Shown: positions 11,405 through 25,529 of the stretch, piece by piece
Layout of the letters: the number at the start of each line of letters is the position of its first letter
How positions within the stretch are numbered: position 1 is the first letter of the stretch
Assembly (NCBI RefSeq): GCF_031769215.1
Contig: NW_026782729.1
Location: forward strand, 62,001 to 126,000
Length of the DNA stretch: 64,000 nucleotides
From: Ylistrum balloti
Taxonomy: Eukaryota
Reading direction: 5' to 3'
The notes under the pieces: model-generated
Seen by the model: the letters and a program-made list of their open reading frames with translations, nothing else
Told to the model about the DNA's origin: nothing
Databases searched by the model: none
Made by a program: the position numbers and the translations under genes

Positions 11405-13715
11405 CTAATACTAGTGAGCAGTAGGTGATAGTCTCTGTCATCCCTGATGGTCCTGATGAGCTGTAGATGATAAACCGTTTTACCCTCAATGGTCCTGATG
11501 AGCTGTAGATGATAAACCGTTTTACCCTCAATGGTCCTGATGAGCTGTAGATGATAAACCGTTTTACCCTCAATGGTCCTGATGAGCTGTAGATGATAGA
11601 CCGTTTTACCCTCAATGGTCCTGATGAGCTGTAGATGATAGACCGTTTTACCCTCAATGGTCCTGATGAGCTGTAGATGATAAACCGTTTTACCCTCAAT
11701 GGTCCTGATGAGCTGTAGATGATAAACCGTTTTACCCTCAATGGTCCTGATGAGCTGTAGATGATAAACCGTTTTACCCTCAATGGTCCTGATGAGCTGT
11801 AGATGATAAACCGTTTTACCCTCAATGGTCCTGATGAGCTGTAGATGATAGACCGTTTTACCCTCAATGGTCCTGATGAGCTGTAGATGATAGACCGTTT
11901 TACCCTCAATGGTCCTGATGAGCTGTAGATGATAGACCGTTTTACCCTCAATGGTCATGATGAGCTGTAGATGATAGACCGTTTTACCCTCAATGGTCCT
12001 GATGAGCTGTAGATGATAGACCGTTTTACCCTCAATGGTCCTGATGAGCTGTAGATGATAAACCGTTTTACCCTCAATGGTCCTGATGAGCTGTAGATGA
12101 TAGACCGTTTTACCCTCAATGGTCCTGATGAGCTGTAGATGATAGACCGTTTTACCCTCAATGGTCCTGATGAGCTGTAGATGATAGACCGTTTTACCCT
12201 CAATGGTCCTGATGAGCTGTAGATGATAAACCGTTTTACCCTCAATGGTCCTGATGAGCTGTAGATGATAGACCGTTTTACCCTCAATGGTCCTGATGAG
12301 CTGTAGATGATAGACCGTTTTACCCTCAATGGTCCTGATGAGCTGTAGATGATAAACCGTTTTACCCTCAATGGTCCTGATGAGCTGTAGATGATAGACC
12401 GTTTTACCCTCAATGGTCCTGATGAGCTGTAGATGATAAACCATTTTACCCTCAATGGTCATGATAAGCTGTAGATGATAGACCGTTTTACCCTCAATGG
12501 TCCTGATGAGCTCTAGATGAGACCACATTATCCTCAATGGTCCTGATGAGCTCTAGATGAGACCACATTATCCTCAATGGTCCTGATGAGCTGTAGATGA
12601 TAGACCGTTTTACCCTCAATGATCCTGATGAGCTCTAGATGAGACCACATTATCCTCAATGGTCCTGATGAGCTCTAGATGAGACCACATTATCCTCAAT
12701 GGTCCTGATGAGCTCTAGATGAGACCGAATTATCCTCAATGGTCCTGATGAGCTCTAGATGAGACCACATTATCCTCAATGGTCCTGATGAGCTCTAGAT
12801 GAGACCACATTATCCTCAATGGTCCTGATGAGCTGTAGATGATAGACCGTTTTACCCTCAATGGTCATGATAAGCTGTAGATGAGACCGAATTATCCTCA
12901 ATGGTCCTGATGAGCTCTAGATGAGACCACATTATCCTCAATGGTCCTGATGAGCTCTAGATGAGACCACATTATCCTCAATGGTCCTGATGAGCTCTAG
13001 ATGAGACCACATTATCCTCAATGGTCCTGATGAGCTCTAGATGAGACCACATTATCCTCAATGGTCCTGGTGAGCTGTAAATGAGACCACATTATCCTCA
13101 ATGGTCCTGATGAGCTCTAGATGAGACCACATTATCCTCAATGGTCCTGATGAGCTCTAGATGAGACCACATTATCCTCAATGGTCCTGATGAGCTCTAG
13201 ATGAGACCACATTATCCTCAATGGTCCTGATGAGCTGTAGATGAGACCACATTATCCTCAATGGTCCTGGTGAGCTGTAAATGAGACCACATTATCCTCA
13301 ATGGTCCTGATGAGCTGTAGATGAGACCACATTATCCTAAATGGTCCTGGTGAGCTGTAGATGAGACCACATTATCCTCAATGGTCCTGGTGAGCTCTAG
13401 ATGAGACCACATTATCCTCAATGGTCCTGATGAGCTCTAGATGAGACCACATTATCCTCAATGGTCCTGATGAGCTGTAGATGAGACCACATTATCCTCA
13501 ATGGTCCTGATGAGCTGTAGATGAGACCACATTATCCTCAATGGTCCTGATGAGACCACATTATCCTCAATGGTCCTGGTGAGCTGTAGATGAGACCACA
13601 TTATCCTCAATGGTCCTGATGAGCTGTAGATGAGACCACATTATCCTCAATGGTCCTGATGAGCTCTAGACGATAGACTCTTATCCTGTATAGTCCTGGT
13701 GAGCAGTTGTTGATG
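11405..13715. repeat. 2.3-kb composite minisatellite: about 25 x 42-bp units followed by about 29 x 40-bp related units
   Basis: 42-mer GGTCCTGATGAGCTGTAGATGATA(A/G)ACCGTTTTACCCTCAAT from ~11447 to ~12500, then 40-mer GGTCCTGATGAGCT(C/G)TAGATGAGACCACATTATCCTCAAT to ~13670. Degenerate units occur at both edges. Confidence 0.98.
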
Positions 13716-15959
13716 TTATTCTATCCTACTCATCTATCCTGATCTTGTCTATATAACCAGTAGATTTTAGGCAAACTATTAGTTTCTTCCATCCTAAACA
13801 GCTGTAATTTATGGACCTTTATACTAATTAGCACCCAGATGGTGGTAAATATATAGTGTTACACACAACTGCAGATTATCTGCAGTGTTGCAGCTAACAT
13901 AGCATGTACACAACAGGTTTGTCTGCGTATGTCAACAATGGCAGTGATAACTTATGTTTCTGAGGGGGAAATAAAGGATGTATGCCATCCTTTGGGCATT
14001 CACACATCACATGTACAGATGTAGGTGATGTATTTGGAGCAGAAGCTAAATATATAATGTCTGGACAGATCCTCATTATCTGAGACACAATAGAAATGTC
14101 ACATCAGTCATCTAACTGGCAATGAATGCACCTTATTCTAGTTGGATGAAGAATTCCATCCAGTTAAAATATCTCATTATTTGCCACTAGACACTTTGAA
14201 ATATTTATTGCAAGACTATTCTACATAAGAATACAGCACCATATGATGCACAGTGGCTAAAATAAATATTCCAGTGTCTGAACCTATTTATTGTTAATAC
14301 CTCACTCTACAAATGTTCTAGAAATGACCAGTCAAGGGAAAATACCCAAGTTAATGCACAGCTTAAGCAGTCATAAAAAAAGAAAGCTGGCACAACTCAA
14401 CCTCGCCCTTCAAAATTTGCATGATAATTCTGCCCTAATTTTCAGTTATAAAAACTATAAATTTAGCATCCATTTCAGATAAGATTATTGCTGCCAATTT
14501 GCTGTGAAGTTACACTGAAGTTTGGACATCTTTGTAGAAGGTTTTCTGTTCTGTTCTTTCTTTTCGAGTGATAACTGTGATAGAAAGTGACACAATGGGA
14601 GGTGTTTATAGCAGGGTCTCTACAATCAGGGCTTACTGATGCTTCCTGATTAACAATAACTATGATTTACATTGAAGATCAAGGTTGGAAAGGCCTTGTG
14701 CCTCCCCACATTTCACTGGATGTAATCAAGCCTCCAATAGCCTTACACCATTGCAACCAATACTGGTTTTGTCATTGATTTCTACCTAAACCATGCCAGC
14801 CTGAATGGTATCTTGTTGGGTCAATGCTCAGCAACATTCTGTCATACAAGACAACAGATAATGAAAATCTAGGGAGGGGCAGACCTAATATATCTAGATA
14901 CATTCCCAATGTATAACACTGTATAACACGAGACTTCTACCTCATGCGGTGCCTCAAGATAGGATGAGTTTTTAAACAGTCATTACCATAGATCAGAAAA
15001 CACCATGACACAAGGTTGATTAGTGACTACCTAACGAAAATTAACTTTAAACAGCATCTTCCCAGCTGGAGTTTGCCTAAACTGGCTTCCAGACAGTGTA
15101 TATAGCATCTGTACAACTGAGTAATTACGATATACGCTTTATATATGACAGGTGACATAGTTGACTATTCAGGAGTGAGATTTGTTGTTCTGAAACGACT
15201 TTGCTGCATTATGTATATTTGGCATGACATAACTGCATGAGCACATTTTTCAGAAGACCCTAAGACTTGATCAGGCTAGACACCATGAATTATGTCACTC
15301 ATATATATAAGGACCAGGAAACAGCTGACGTTAATGAGAAGGTGTAGAAAATGTCAGCCGTTTATTTATAATAATTAATTATTCCTTAATCAGAGAAGGA
15401 AAAGGTTTCCACACTGATGAAGGTAACGTATTTGTGTGATAGCAAAGCCTGGCTCCATTCACATGGATGAAACTGTCCATAAATTTACCAACACAAGGTA
15501 ATATTATACTGGCCAACAAAAACAACTGTCCTATATTACTGAGGAATATCTAAGATGTTTCGTTGAATCATATTACTCTGACATGACGCATTAGAAAACT
15601 GCTTTATATCTGCATGTATAATTAGCGGTTTGATAACCTTGTGTCTAGTGTATAGTAAAACTTTTTTGAATTGGTTAAACAGGAATATTGAAACTTTTCA
15701 TCACTGCTGAAGTTGGTGTTGTCTTCTAAATCTGTGACACATTTCAACCAATCAAGCAGTGGTGATAAAACTGCAATACATTGCCAGATTTTATCAGCAG
15801 TTATTTTAGTCCAACATAGTGGGACATGCTTGAGTTGTCATTAATATTTAAGATAATTGCAGATTTATGTCTTTCATCCCAGACATTAAAATAAAGAAGG
15901 ACTCGTTATAGAATCTATTACATGTATACATTAGATATCAAAAGGTAGTCTTCACTCCC

Positions 15960-16110
15960 TATAATTTTTCTTGTCAATGCACTATTTTCACCTGTGCCTA
16001 CAATTTTTCTTGTCAATGCACTATTTTCACCTGTGCCTACAATTTTTCTTGTCAATGCACTATTTTCACCTGTGCCTACAATTTTTCTTGTCAATGCACT
16101 ATTTTCACCT
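15960..16110. repeat. 39-bp minisatellite, about 4 copies
   Basis: Unit CAATTTTTCTTGTCAATGCACTATTTTCACCTGTGCCTA; explains the repeated TGENSALTRKIVG ORF. Confidence 0.95.
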
Positions 16111-16294
16111 GTAAACCAAGCCAGATAAAAGCCCAAAGTCCAATACTTTGCATGCTAAGGCAAAAACAACTTTGAGCAATTTATGTAGAACATTGATTTC
16201 AGTAATTAACTCAAGTGCTGACAGCAACACAGTGTATGTAATTCAGATAATCAAACCATCTACTCACAGAACCTACCCCCAAATACAATGCCAA

Positions 16295-16715
16295 CAGCTA
16301 TCTACAGGAAAACCGAGTGCTTATCAATCATAGGTTACAGCTATCTACAGGAAAACTGAGTGCTTATCAATCATAGGTTACAGCTATCTACAGGAAAACT
16401 AAGTGCTTATCAATCATAGGTTACAGCTGTCTACAGGAAAACTGAGTGCTTATCAATCATAGGTTACAGCTATCTACAGGAAAACTGAGTGCTTATCAAT
16501 CATAGGTTACAGCTATCTACAGGAAAACTAAGTGCTTATCAATCATAGGTTACAGCTGTCTACAGGAAAAAACAAGTGCTTATCAATCATAGGTTACAGC
16601 TATCTACAGGAAAACTGAGTGCTTATCAATCATAGGTTACAGCTGTCTACAGGAAAAAACAAGTGCTTATCAATCATAGGTTACAGCTATCTACAGGAAA
16701 ACGGGAGTGCTGATT
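16295..16715. repeat. 43-bp minisatellite, about 10 copies
   Basis: Unit ACAGCT(A/G)TCTACAGGAAAACTGAGTGCTTATCAATCATAGGTT; period 43 (16321 to 16364). Confidence 0.96.
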
Positions 16716-19079
16716 ATTCATAAGTTATATATATCCAAGGAGCTATTCCTCATACAGTTCAATATTAATGACCTTCATTAGCTTAGTGGACAATTCCACC
16801 TAAACCAAAATGCTTCCGTCTTACAGTAGTAAATCAAAGGAGAAACACACACTGGGGACCTGTAATGTAAATAAGGTGTGGCCTAATGATCACCTGGCAA
16901 TCATGTTCCATTTATACACTACATTTACATATTATGTAATATCCTTGAATTAGCAAGATTACATAGCACATATATAAGATTCCAGGCTTAAATTGGGAAG
17001 ACCATGCCTTATGTGCAAACTTTAAATAAAAACTCAATATTGCAGTAATTGACTGGTATGTAACCAAATGTAAGGCACAGTATGTTATGTCTCCAATCTC
17101 AATATCATGATCAAAGCAAAAATAGGAAAAGTTAACTTTAAATTCTAGGAAAATCTGTAAATTTAATTTCTGTAGGTATGAAGCCATCCAGCACCTTGGA
17201 CAGCTTTTAGACCTTGCTGTCCAGGACTGTCACCTTGCAGTAAATTGCACATATATGTTTTTTAACCAGCTTTTATCAGCACTGTCGGATGGCATTAACT
17301 CCCTAACGAGGGATGAAAATATTGAAGTGGTTTGTACCAGAAAGGAAGAAGAGAAATGGCAATACAATTTCAATAATCAAATTCAAGATGTCTGTCCTAT
17401 AGCCAGTTTTTCCAAATCAGACTGAAAATGAAACATGCACCATAAAGGACCAAAAGGAACCATCACTTCAAGAAAATTAGTGATAATAATCTTTAAGAAT
17501 CGAAATCAAAGATAGCCTCTTTTCCATCCATTGAATCTTCAAGCACAATTACAGCCTGAAGGATATCAATGTTAAAACAACTTCACTTTGCAGGTATTTC
17601 TCAGTGTCAGTGAAATAAAATGCACAGCTAGAATGTACTCAGAAACTCAGACAATCAGAAAATGTAAAAATATTGTGTCACTTTTGAATTGTCAGATCAA
17701 CACTTAAGTATAAGTATGGCACTGAAGAACTGGTGTCCATCTTGTAATTATGTTAAATGATGACCCAATAGATTTGTAAGAATATTGGTGTCAAGTCTAA
17801 ATCTAGTACTGACTTAAGTCATGTACAGAGTGTATTCACCTTTCACTTGGCACATATGTTGACATTAATATCAGATCACAAACTGTGTCACAACAGATCA
17901 TGACATATCAATGTGTGACAGGATAGCAGTAACCCACTAACAGCAGCAGTAGGTGAATTAACAAGCCATTGACAAGAAAATGTGATGGTGTCAATGTATT
18001 TCATGAATAAAATTTTTCCTATGTCCATGACCAGAAGAAGTTGATGATAATTCTTTACCTACCCATACAAAACTGACTTTTTCCAATCTTTTCCAAATAT
18101 AAGATAACAAAAGTCAAACTGCTTCTGAAGTCTATTATGTAATGGAAGGTTGGGGGGGGGGAGGAGCTATGTCACTGTCATATGTTACTTCATATACATG
18201 CATCAGAGTTATGAGGATATCATGGTAAGTAGGTGTGAAACATAAACATTCTGGAAACATTGATGATTATTGAAATATCATTTGTTTGTACTCTGATGAC
18301 TGCCTGCCCAAGGCTGAATCATGTCCACAACCAGCTATAGAAAAAGTAGACCATACAGTGTGGAAACCTGGAGTAAAGAGTTACTCTTCTTCTCTCTTTT
18401 TAGTTTGTTTACTACTTTTTTAAGAGGAAAATGCATACCACTTCCTGAAACCCAGCAGATGAACTACAACACAGACACTTAAAGGATGTTAGTTCTTTGA
18501 AGTTTTCTCCTGCTGGAGATTTTTCTCATCTGGATTTACATATCATTTGTTTGTTATTTTAGTGAATAGATAAAAAAACATGACAGGCTTATTACTAAGC
18601 AAATTGGCTTGTTAATGGATACACAGTATATAAGAAATAATAAACACCAATGACTTTACATACCCACTATGTATACGTAATAGAACAAAGCACACAAATG
18701 TGCATTTAAGTATGCTTTAAGTGCTATAAGAACAGTACTGCTAGGACAGATATATGCATATCATTCTTTTAACTTTGAAGGGACGGAGTTTTAACCTAAC
18801 AAATGCTCTCTAATGATACTGGTGTTCATAGGTTTAATAGTCATCAATCATGATCACACATTAAACTTGACATATTTTATTACTTATATGTAATTGTATA
18901 TAAAATATGGACGCTTTATTCAAATTTCTAACCAAAACAAGTAAATCAACCATGTGTGTGATTTGACATGGGACAGTTGACACTTCCTCTGGCTTGAGCC
19001 TAGTACACCATACAACAGTCATATACTGTGATTGACTCGACTATCAAAATTAATGTTCTTACACTACCTATTGTCTTTA

Positions 19080-19460
19080 ATTTACAAGCTAAGGGACAGT
19101 GATGTGTCTTTAAGTTACAAGCTTTAAGGAAGTGTGATATGTCTTTTAGTTATAAGCTTTAAGGGAATGTGATGTATCTTTAAGTTACAAACTTTAAGGA
19201 AGTGTGATATGTCTTTAAATTATAAGCTTTTAGGAAGTGCAATATGTCTTTTTGTTACAAGCTTTAAGGGACAGAGATGTATCTTTAAATTACAAGCTTT
19301 CAGAGACTGTGATATGTCTTTCAGTTACAAACTTGTAGAGACTGTGACATGACTTTAAGTTACAAACTATAAGGGAGTGTGATATGTCTTTAAGTTACAA
19401 ACTTTAAGGGAGTGTGAAACGTATCTAAGCTACAAGCTTTGAGGGATTGTGGTATGTCAA
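19080..19460. repeat. Degenerate ~35-bp minisatellite, about 11 copies
   Basis: Consensus TTACAAGCTTTAAGGGAGTGTGATATGTCTTTAAG repeated with substitutions. Confidence 0.88.
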
Positions 19461-20176
19461 TGAAACAGAAATTGAATTAAAACTTGTAAGAATATATAAT
19501 AATCTTTGAAAGTTTTAAATAAATGATGTACACCAAAACTAATCTGACTACAGATTGGATGGATTTTTCCTTCCATGTCTTTTTCTTTAGCTGATTCACT
19601 TCAATGTTGAATAAAATTACAAATGAAGATGCAATGTGGCTTGCACTATTAACACAAATAAGAACGATGAACATGGAAATTCAGTAGAAATGAGACAACT
19701 GATTGACTAATGCAGGTGTTGGCTCACTTTGCTGACAAGGAGAAAATCTGCAATTATCATAAATTAATTCTAATATGTCAAATGTGGTCAAAATGTCAAC
19801 CAAAGAATTATACTACAATTCTGACAAAATGACAAGAATAAGTCTTAAAGTTTACAAGTGCATGACTAATTGAATTCACAAGAGAAATTTGGAGAGAGTT
19901 TACATAATGGGATGTGTAAACGATGTAAATTGTTAAGGTACAAGATGTCAAGTAAAGATCAGGTCAGGATCAGAGTTGACGACAGTAAATGCAAACTGTC
20001 AACAACGTAACAAATGAGAGAAGTGTGTACTGATGATGAAAAACAACTGTTGCAGTCAGTCTCTAGTGTCTCTAGTACAATATCACTATTGGCAGGTTTC
20101 AATACAACACCATTTCAGAGTACTTCGGTGACCAATTGCTGAAACAAAAACTGTTTTACAAAATATGCCAAAATCA

Positions 20177-20500
20177 AACAAGGGCCATCAGAAATGGGTT
20201 ATGCTCCCCCATCGGAACACAAATCAAGTATGAAAAATAAAAAGGGCAACTCCTATATTATGCAAGAGAGTGATGGTTCTTGTGCAATGCACTTCCTCTT
20301 CTTGAGATCTATCTACCGATAAAGTTTGATGTTGATACATCATATAGCTTTAGTGTAATGCTCCAGAAAAAATTTAAGTATGAAAATAACAAAGGGCAAA
20401 AACTCTTAAATTATGCAATAGAGAGTGATGGCCCTTGTGCAATGCACTTCTCTTTGTTGTAATTCATCTACCCATTAAGTTTTATACAGACAGAAGCAGC
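20177..20500 (+). mobile_element. Truncated non-autonomous MITE/Helentron-associated (HINE-like) element with internal 150-bp tandem repeats, bivalve type
   Basis: Starts AACAAGGGCC...ATGCTCCCCC. It holds about 1.8 copies of a 150-bp unit (AAGTATGAAAA(A)TAA.AAAGGGCAA...ATTATGCAA.AGAGAGTGATGG..CTTGTGCAATGCACTT at 20226 and 20376) and ends in an ACAGACAG microsatellite remnant. This layout matches the satellite-bearing MITE-like elements known from bivalves; family not identified. Confidence 0.5.
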
Positions 20501-23500
20501 CAATGTATGTTCTCTCATTGGTGAGTGTAAAAAGGTTGTCCCAAAAACCAGGCCTTTTCAGCGCAACACTTTCTATGCCATGACTTAAATAGAGACTACT
20601 GCAGCAAAACACTCTTCCAATTTTTTATAACCTAATTAGTTCAAAGATAACATTTAAGCTCAAACTGTGTTTCCAAATTTTACCATATATCATGACATTT
20701 ATTGAACTATTAATGCAATCACCAGACAAAATACAGTGTTAACTTAATCCAAAGTCTATCCAAAGAGAAATATCATGAGATACCATCATATTTACAGACA
20801 TTTACTCCCACTCAGAGGAAAATGAATTAATTACTTACAGATCCCCTCTAGCACACTTACATCACCCAACAAGGGATTCCCGCTAAATCTTAATAAGCTA
20901 CAATTCTGGTAATTTCCTTGACACGCCAGATTAACACCCTGTAGAACACTTGTCTGGACTTGTTCATTTTCAAAAACACCCACTGCTGAGCTCTGGAAAG
21001 GAATTTCGTGCCATGCTATACAGGCCCTACAAAGTCAGTATGAGACCTATGCAAACAGTCTTTCTTGAAGTGAATTTAATAGTTGGAAAAGTCAGCCAAT
21101 TAAAAGATCATCTATATTTCCCCCTTGTTGTCAGTTCACCGATTACCCTTTCATACCTTAAATGAAAATCTTTCCATATTCAGTATACACCACCAGCAGT
21201 GTACCTTCAATACAACATTTACAATACACACGTAATATCTAACCTCAAAAAGCTGTAGGCCAAAACGTCTAATGTACCTGTCAATGATATTCAGTCATAC
21301 AACTTATTAAATCACTAATCTTTATTCATTCCATTTAAACAGAACAACTCCAGAGATTTACCCGTAATTATGGATTCATATCAATTATATCTTCGTGTGT
21401 AATAATGCAGTAACCGGAACCTCTGTTGTTGTATTAATTTGTCTCATGAAAGCGTGGTATTGTGATCAGGAATCAATGCTTTATTTGGCGAGATCCAATA
21501 TATGTTTGTTAGGGCTGATATGTTTTATCGGGGACTTGGCTCAGCAGGTCTAAACTAGTGGGAATAACAACCGCTAGTTTTTTATTATCTCTGTTTTAGT
21601 CCGGTGTCTCTATTATCTTAGAATGCATTATGTATCTAACTGTATGCTACATAGAAATGTCAAAGAATCAGGCTGTGTAGCATTTGGGAAAGAAAAATTC
21701 TTTACGAGACAGAAGTATCTGAATATATAGAATTCCAGAGGTATTGGAACGTGGGCTTGCATCTCGTAAGACAAAAATTCAATAATCATACATTATCGTA
21801 ATTAGCTTTATAAGCACTGAGAGAACACAAATGCATCTAGAATCGTGATTAATTGGCTGTATATCGTTCTACATTGGGGGTAAAAGAATCTATTCTTTTG
21901 GTGCTTGACATTTGTCTGTAGAAGTCTTGTTCATGGATGAGCTTGTGTCTGAATAAGAAACACTGTCGCCTAATATGTACAAGTTTAGCCATGTTGTTGT
22001 CTCGCCACAGTTGACATTAACCTCCTCATGTCTTTATGGACTCTTCCAGAAAAGAGCGTTACACCTAAATTTTGTCAATATCAATAAAAATGCTGAGAAA
22101 TCTCATTATTCATCAGGAGATCAGTGTTGCAAGTCCAGTTAGGAAGATCTTGTCTGGTCCCTACCCCTGTATCACACTGCCACAGAGGTCAATCAGCATA
22201 TATATAAGGCATGTATATATAAAGCACAGTTCTCATGCATATTCGTAAAATCTATCTTCCTAGTATTGATCTGACCTGTCCCTCCCCCCACCTTATCAGC
22301 TGAGGCACTGTCCATCCAGCAGAATACAATACATGTGTAGGCACGCAAACCACTGTGGTTTTAGTCTTCCCTCAGTGATAGAGGAGAAATCTCGACTAAT
22401 GCTTTAACTAATGCTTCTGGCTTACAGTCAAATTAAGGAGGAGATTCAAAAAGGGCAACAAACAAGTTGTGATTACCTACTCAGCCATCTGCAATATTTG
22501 ATAATTATCTTGCTTCTCTACCACATAAATGTCAAGGTTGCTAGCTATACACGGGCTACAGACAGAATCTGGAATCCATCGAGGACAAATCGCCTAAAGA
22601 TTAGTTTGTTTGCTTCCCTAACAAATTCTTTTTAAATGGATGAAAAGAAAGCATACCACCGTTAAAGCATAGTGTTACATACATATGTATTTATTCAATT
22701 TCTGAGCTTACACAAAACTGTTCCAGCACCAGAGCTGTTTGCTATTGTGGTGCTGCCAATATGATTCTCACAACACCTACTCACTACCAAATAGACAACT
22801 CATGCTCAAGCAGCTAACTCCCCTACCAGAGTATGTATAAACCCAATGGTATGCGCTCGGGAAGTTATGTAGGAAACAGCTACTTTTGACAATAAAACAG
22901 CAATGAAAAACTAGCAGAACTTTACAAGACAATCAAAGTTGTGTTGTGGTGTTCATTAAATCAAACCAACAATTATCCTAACAACATATACATAATCAGG
23001 AATTACTGCTGTTCGTTTCGGTGATATTCTCCTGTGACGTTGTTTGCAGGTGTTACTTTTGTTTGTCCGAAAGTGTTCTACGTGTTGTTTTGATGACCTG
23101 AACTGCCAGTAATGGAGACCATAAATATCACAGATGGTGGCTTCTGTACCTAAAGCAATCACCTAATTTGTACACTATTTCTTAACCTCCTCATAGCCAC
23201 ATAATAATACCCATGTAAGATATTTTAGAATGTTGGCATAACAGATACTGAGTACTATAATGGACAAGATTTTATTCTGTATGTCTCAGTTATGATAATG
23301 ATATGATTTCATTCTGTTGAATAGCTTCCAAGATTGGATTGCTTATGTTCAAAATAGAAACAAATTATATATAGAACTGTTAATTATGTAAGGTAAGAAC
23401 TAGTACTCCGGGTTGTACAGAAAATAATGAAATACCAGTCATCCATTTGATATCAAACCATGATAAATATCTATACTGTTTTATCCAGACTTAAACAAAG

Positions 23501-25529
23501 ATTTACTTTCTATGCCTTGACAACATCTTTAGCAATGTTAGTAATCTTCCATAAAAACCCACACACATTATGCCAGCTATTTCAGCCTCTCTGTCATATA
23601 ATCAGTGGTATGATAGATGCCAACAGGGATCATTTCTGATTTGTGAGCAGGAATTCATTCACATACAGTGTAGAATGAGGTTGTTAATCATCTCATACCT
23701 TCTGGGCTTTTTATGACAACATTGACAATAAATTGTGTTTCTAATTTAGTGTGGAAACAGTAATACACAATAGTAAGACACATCAGCGTCAACATTTCAC
23801 GTATATTATTTGATCCAAGAAATCAGACAGCAGAAGAAATCTGCTGTAATTCCCTTTGGTTTTGTTGTAAATATAGGATATTTCTATATAAACTTTGGGT
23901 CCATCATTTACTTCTGCACTGTAAACATGCCTTAAACTCTATACAACATATGATGAGCTAGGGAACATCGGAAACAAACTTAGCCAAATGAGAAGTTGTA
24001 GTAATGCTCCACAGATATTTCTGATGGAAATGCCAGGCTCTGGCATTGCCTACTGTCCTGCTATAGTCTGTTACTATTTACTACTACAGAATGAAAAAGA
24101 AACATTCTCCAGAACAAGAATATAATTTTCATTCCAGACCCAGTGTAATGGTTCATTGGCAGTTTATATTCCCTTTGTATTGTGTTGAAGGCATGAAAAT
24201 ATTAATGTCATGAAAACACAAGTAACTGCTTGTTGATAACGACACTGATCATCAAGCTATGCCTAAAACATTATGTTTTGTTCCAGCCAAGACTTGCTAT
24301 TGAAGCTTGTTTTGAGTGCGAGAAAAACTACCTTTGACATTTAAAGGGAAATTTACTTCAGTAATTGCTAGGACATGTTGCTCCTGTTCCAATCACCAGA
24401 GAGATATAAAGGCCGAGTGAAGTGTATCAGTTCCACATTCCATAATAATGTTTTTAGTGGGAGTATCTAATTTATTCAAAGATTTCATCTAAATTTCAGT
24501 CATTTAATGCAATATCCCTGCATTACATAGAGGATAATATCTGGAACACTCAAGTGAATAGCTGTCGCCAACTGTTACCAGTTTTAAAATGTTGCATTCA
24601 TCATTATTTCAAGACAAAAATCTGCATAAATTTCTCAAAAAGTATCAATACTTTTTGGCTCATGACTTTTTACGAAAAAATGATGACCATGAATTAGCAC
24701 TGAGAATCACTTCAAAACTCCTTATTTTGCAAACGTTTGATATTTCATGAAATGAAGGCAGGTAACATAGGCTATAAGTCAAAATAGAAAACCCAGGTAT
24801 CTTTTGTATGTCAAAATGTTGTTCTAATTAAATGTACATTTTTCAGTTTTTCCCAAAATTTAAATAAACAGAAATAGTTCAAATCCTCAGATCTTATCAA
24901 TGGTGATCAAATATAGTAAATGATGATTAATTAGGTAAAACAGCATCGTACTGATTTAATCAAATAATCAGGAAACACAACTATAAATCTATACATCCCA
25001 TGTATAAAGTTGTAAACATATATACTTGATATAGGTCTATATTTAAACACAGTAAAGAGTGGAAAATAAATTCTTGTCATCAGGGAAACAGTTTTTGCAT
25101 TATTGATTTTTTACATTCTTTCTGTGAAAACGAATCAGATCATGATATCTGTGTTTTCAAGTTTGTTTAAACAAATAGATTAATCCCAAAGGTCGTATTA
25201 AACGTGAGACCCTTTAAAGTACAGCAACAACCTATCACTGTGAACATTCCATTGATTCTAGTGTGACCATGGGACTCAAAAAAGTACAAGTCTGTTGATA
25301 GTCATGGTTCAACAGGGGGACTTGACCCGTGATTCCCATTCTCCAAATTCCTCCAAAACCTGGTACAGCAATAGCATTTGGAAAAGACACCAAATTTTTA
25401 TTCTTGAGTGATTGTTTGTGTGTTGTGACTTTGGTATTTAATGATTTGTCTGGAATGTCCAACATATCCATCAAAGAATGTTACCTAATAAAGAAAAACT
25501 GGAAATTCCTCAAACTACTAAAATCAAGT

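Noticed and set aside
11256-12537. 388-aa, 231-aa and 166-aa ORFs with 14-residue repeats
   Set aside because: They are translations of the 42-bp minisatellite (a multiple of 3, stop-free in two frames), end where the unit becomes 40 bp, and show no domain or supporting splice sites.
11405-13715. CRISPR-like regular repeats (also 16295-16715, 40860-41890 and 49395-50045)
   Set aside because: The units are contiguous with no unique spacers, there are no cas genes, and the context is a eukaryotic intron.
24340-24740. Possible DNA-transposon remnants (also about 30980-31080, 36290-36660 and 36750-36960)
   Set aside because: The wording resembles bivalve non-autonomous elements, but I could not define terminal repeats or target-site duplications; a repeat-library search is needed.
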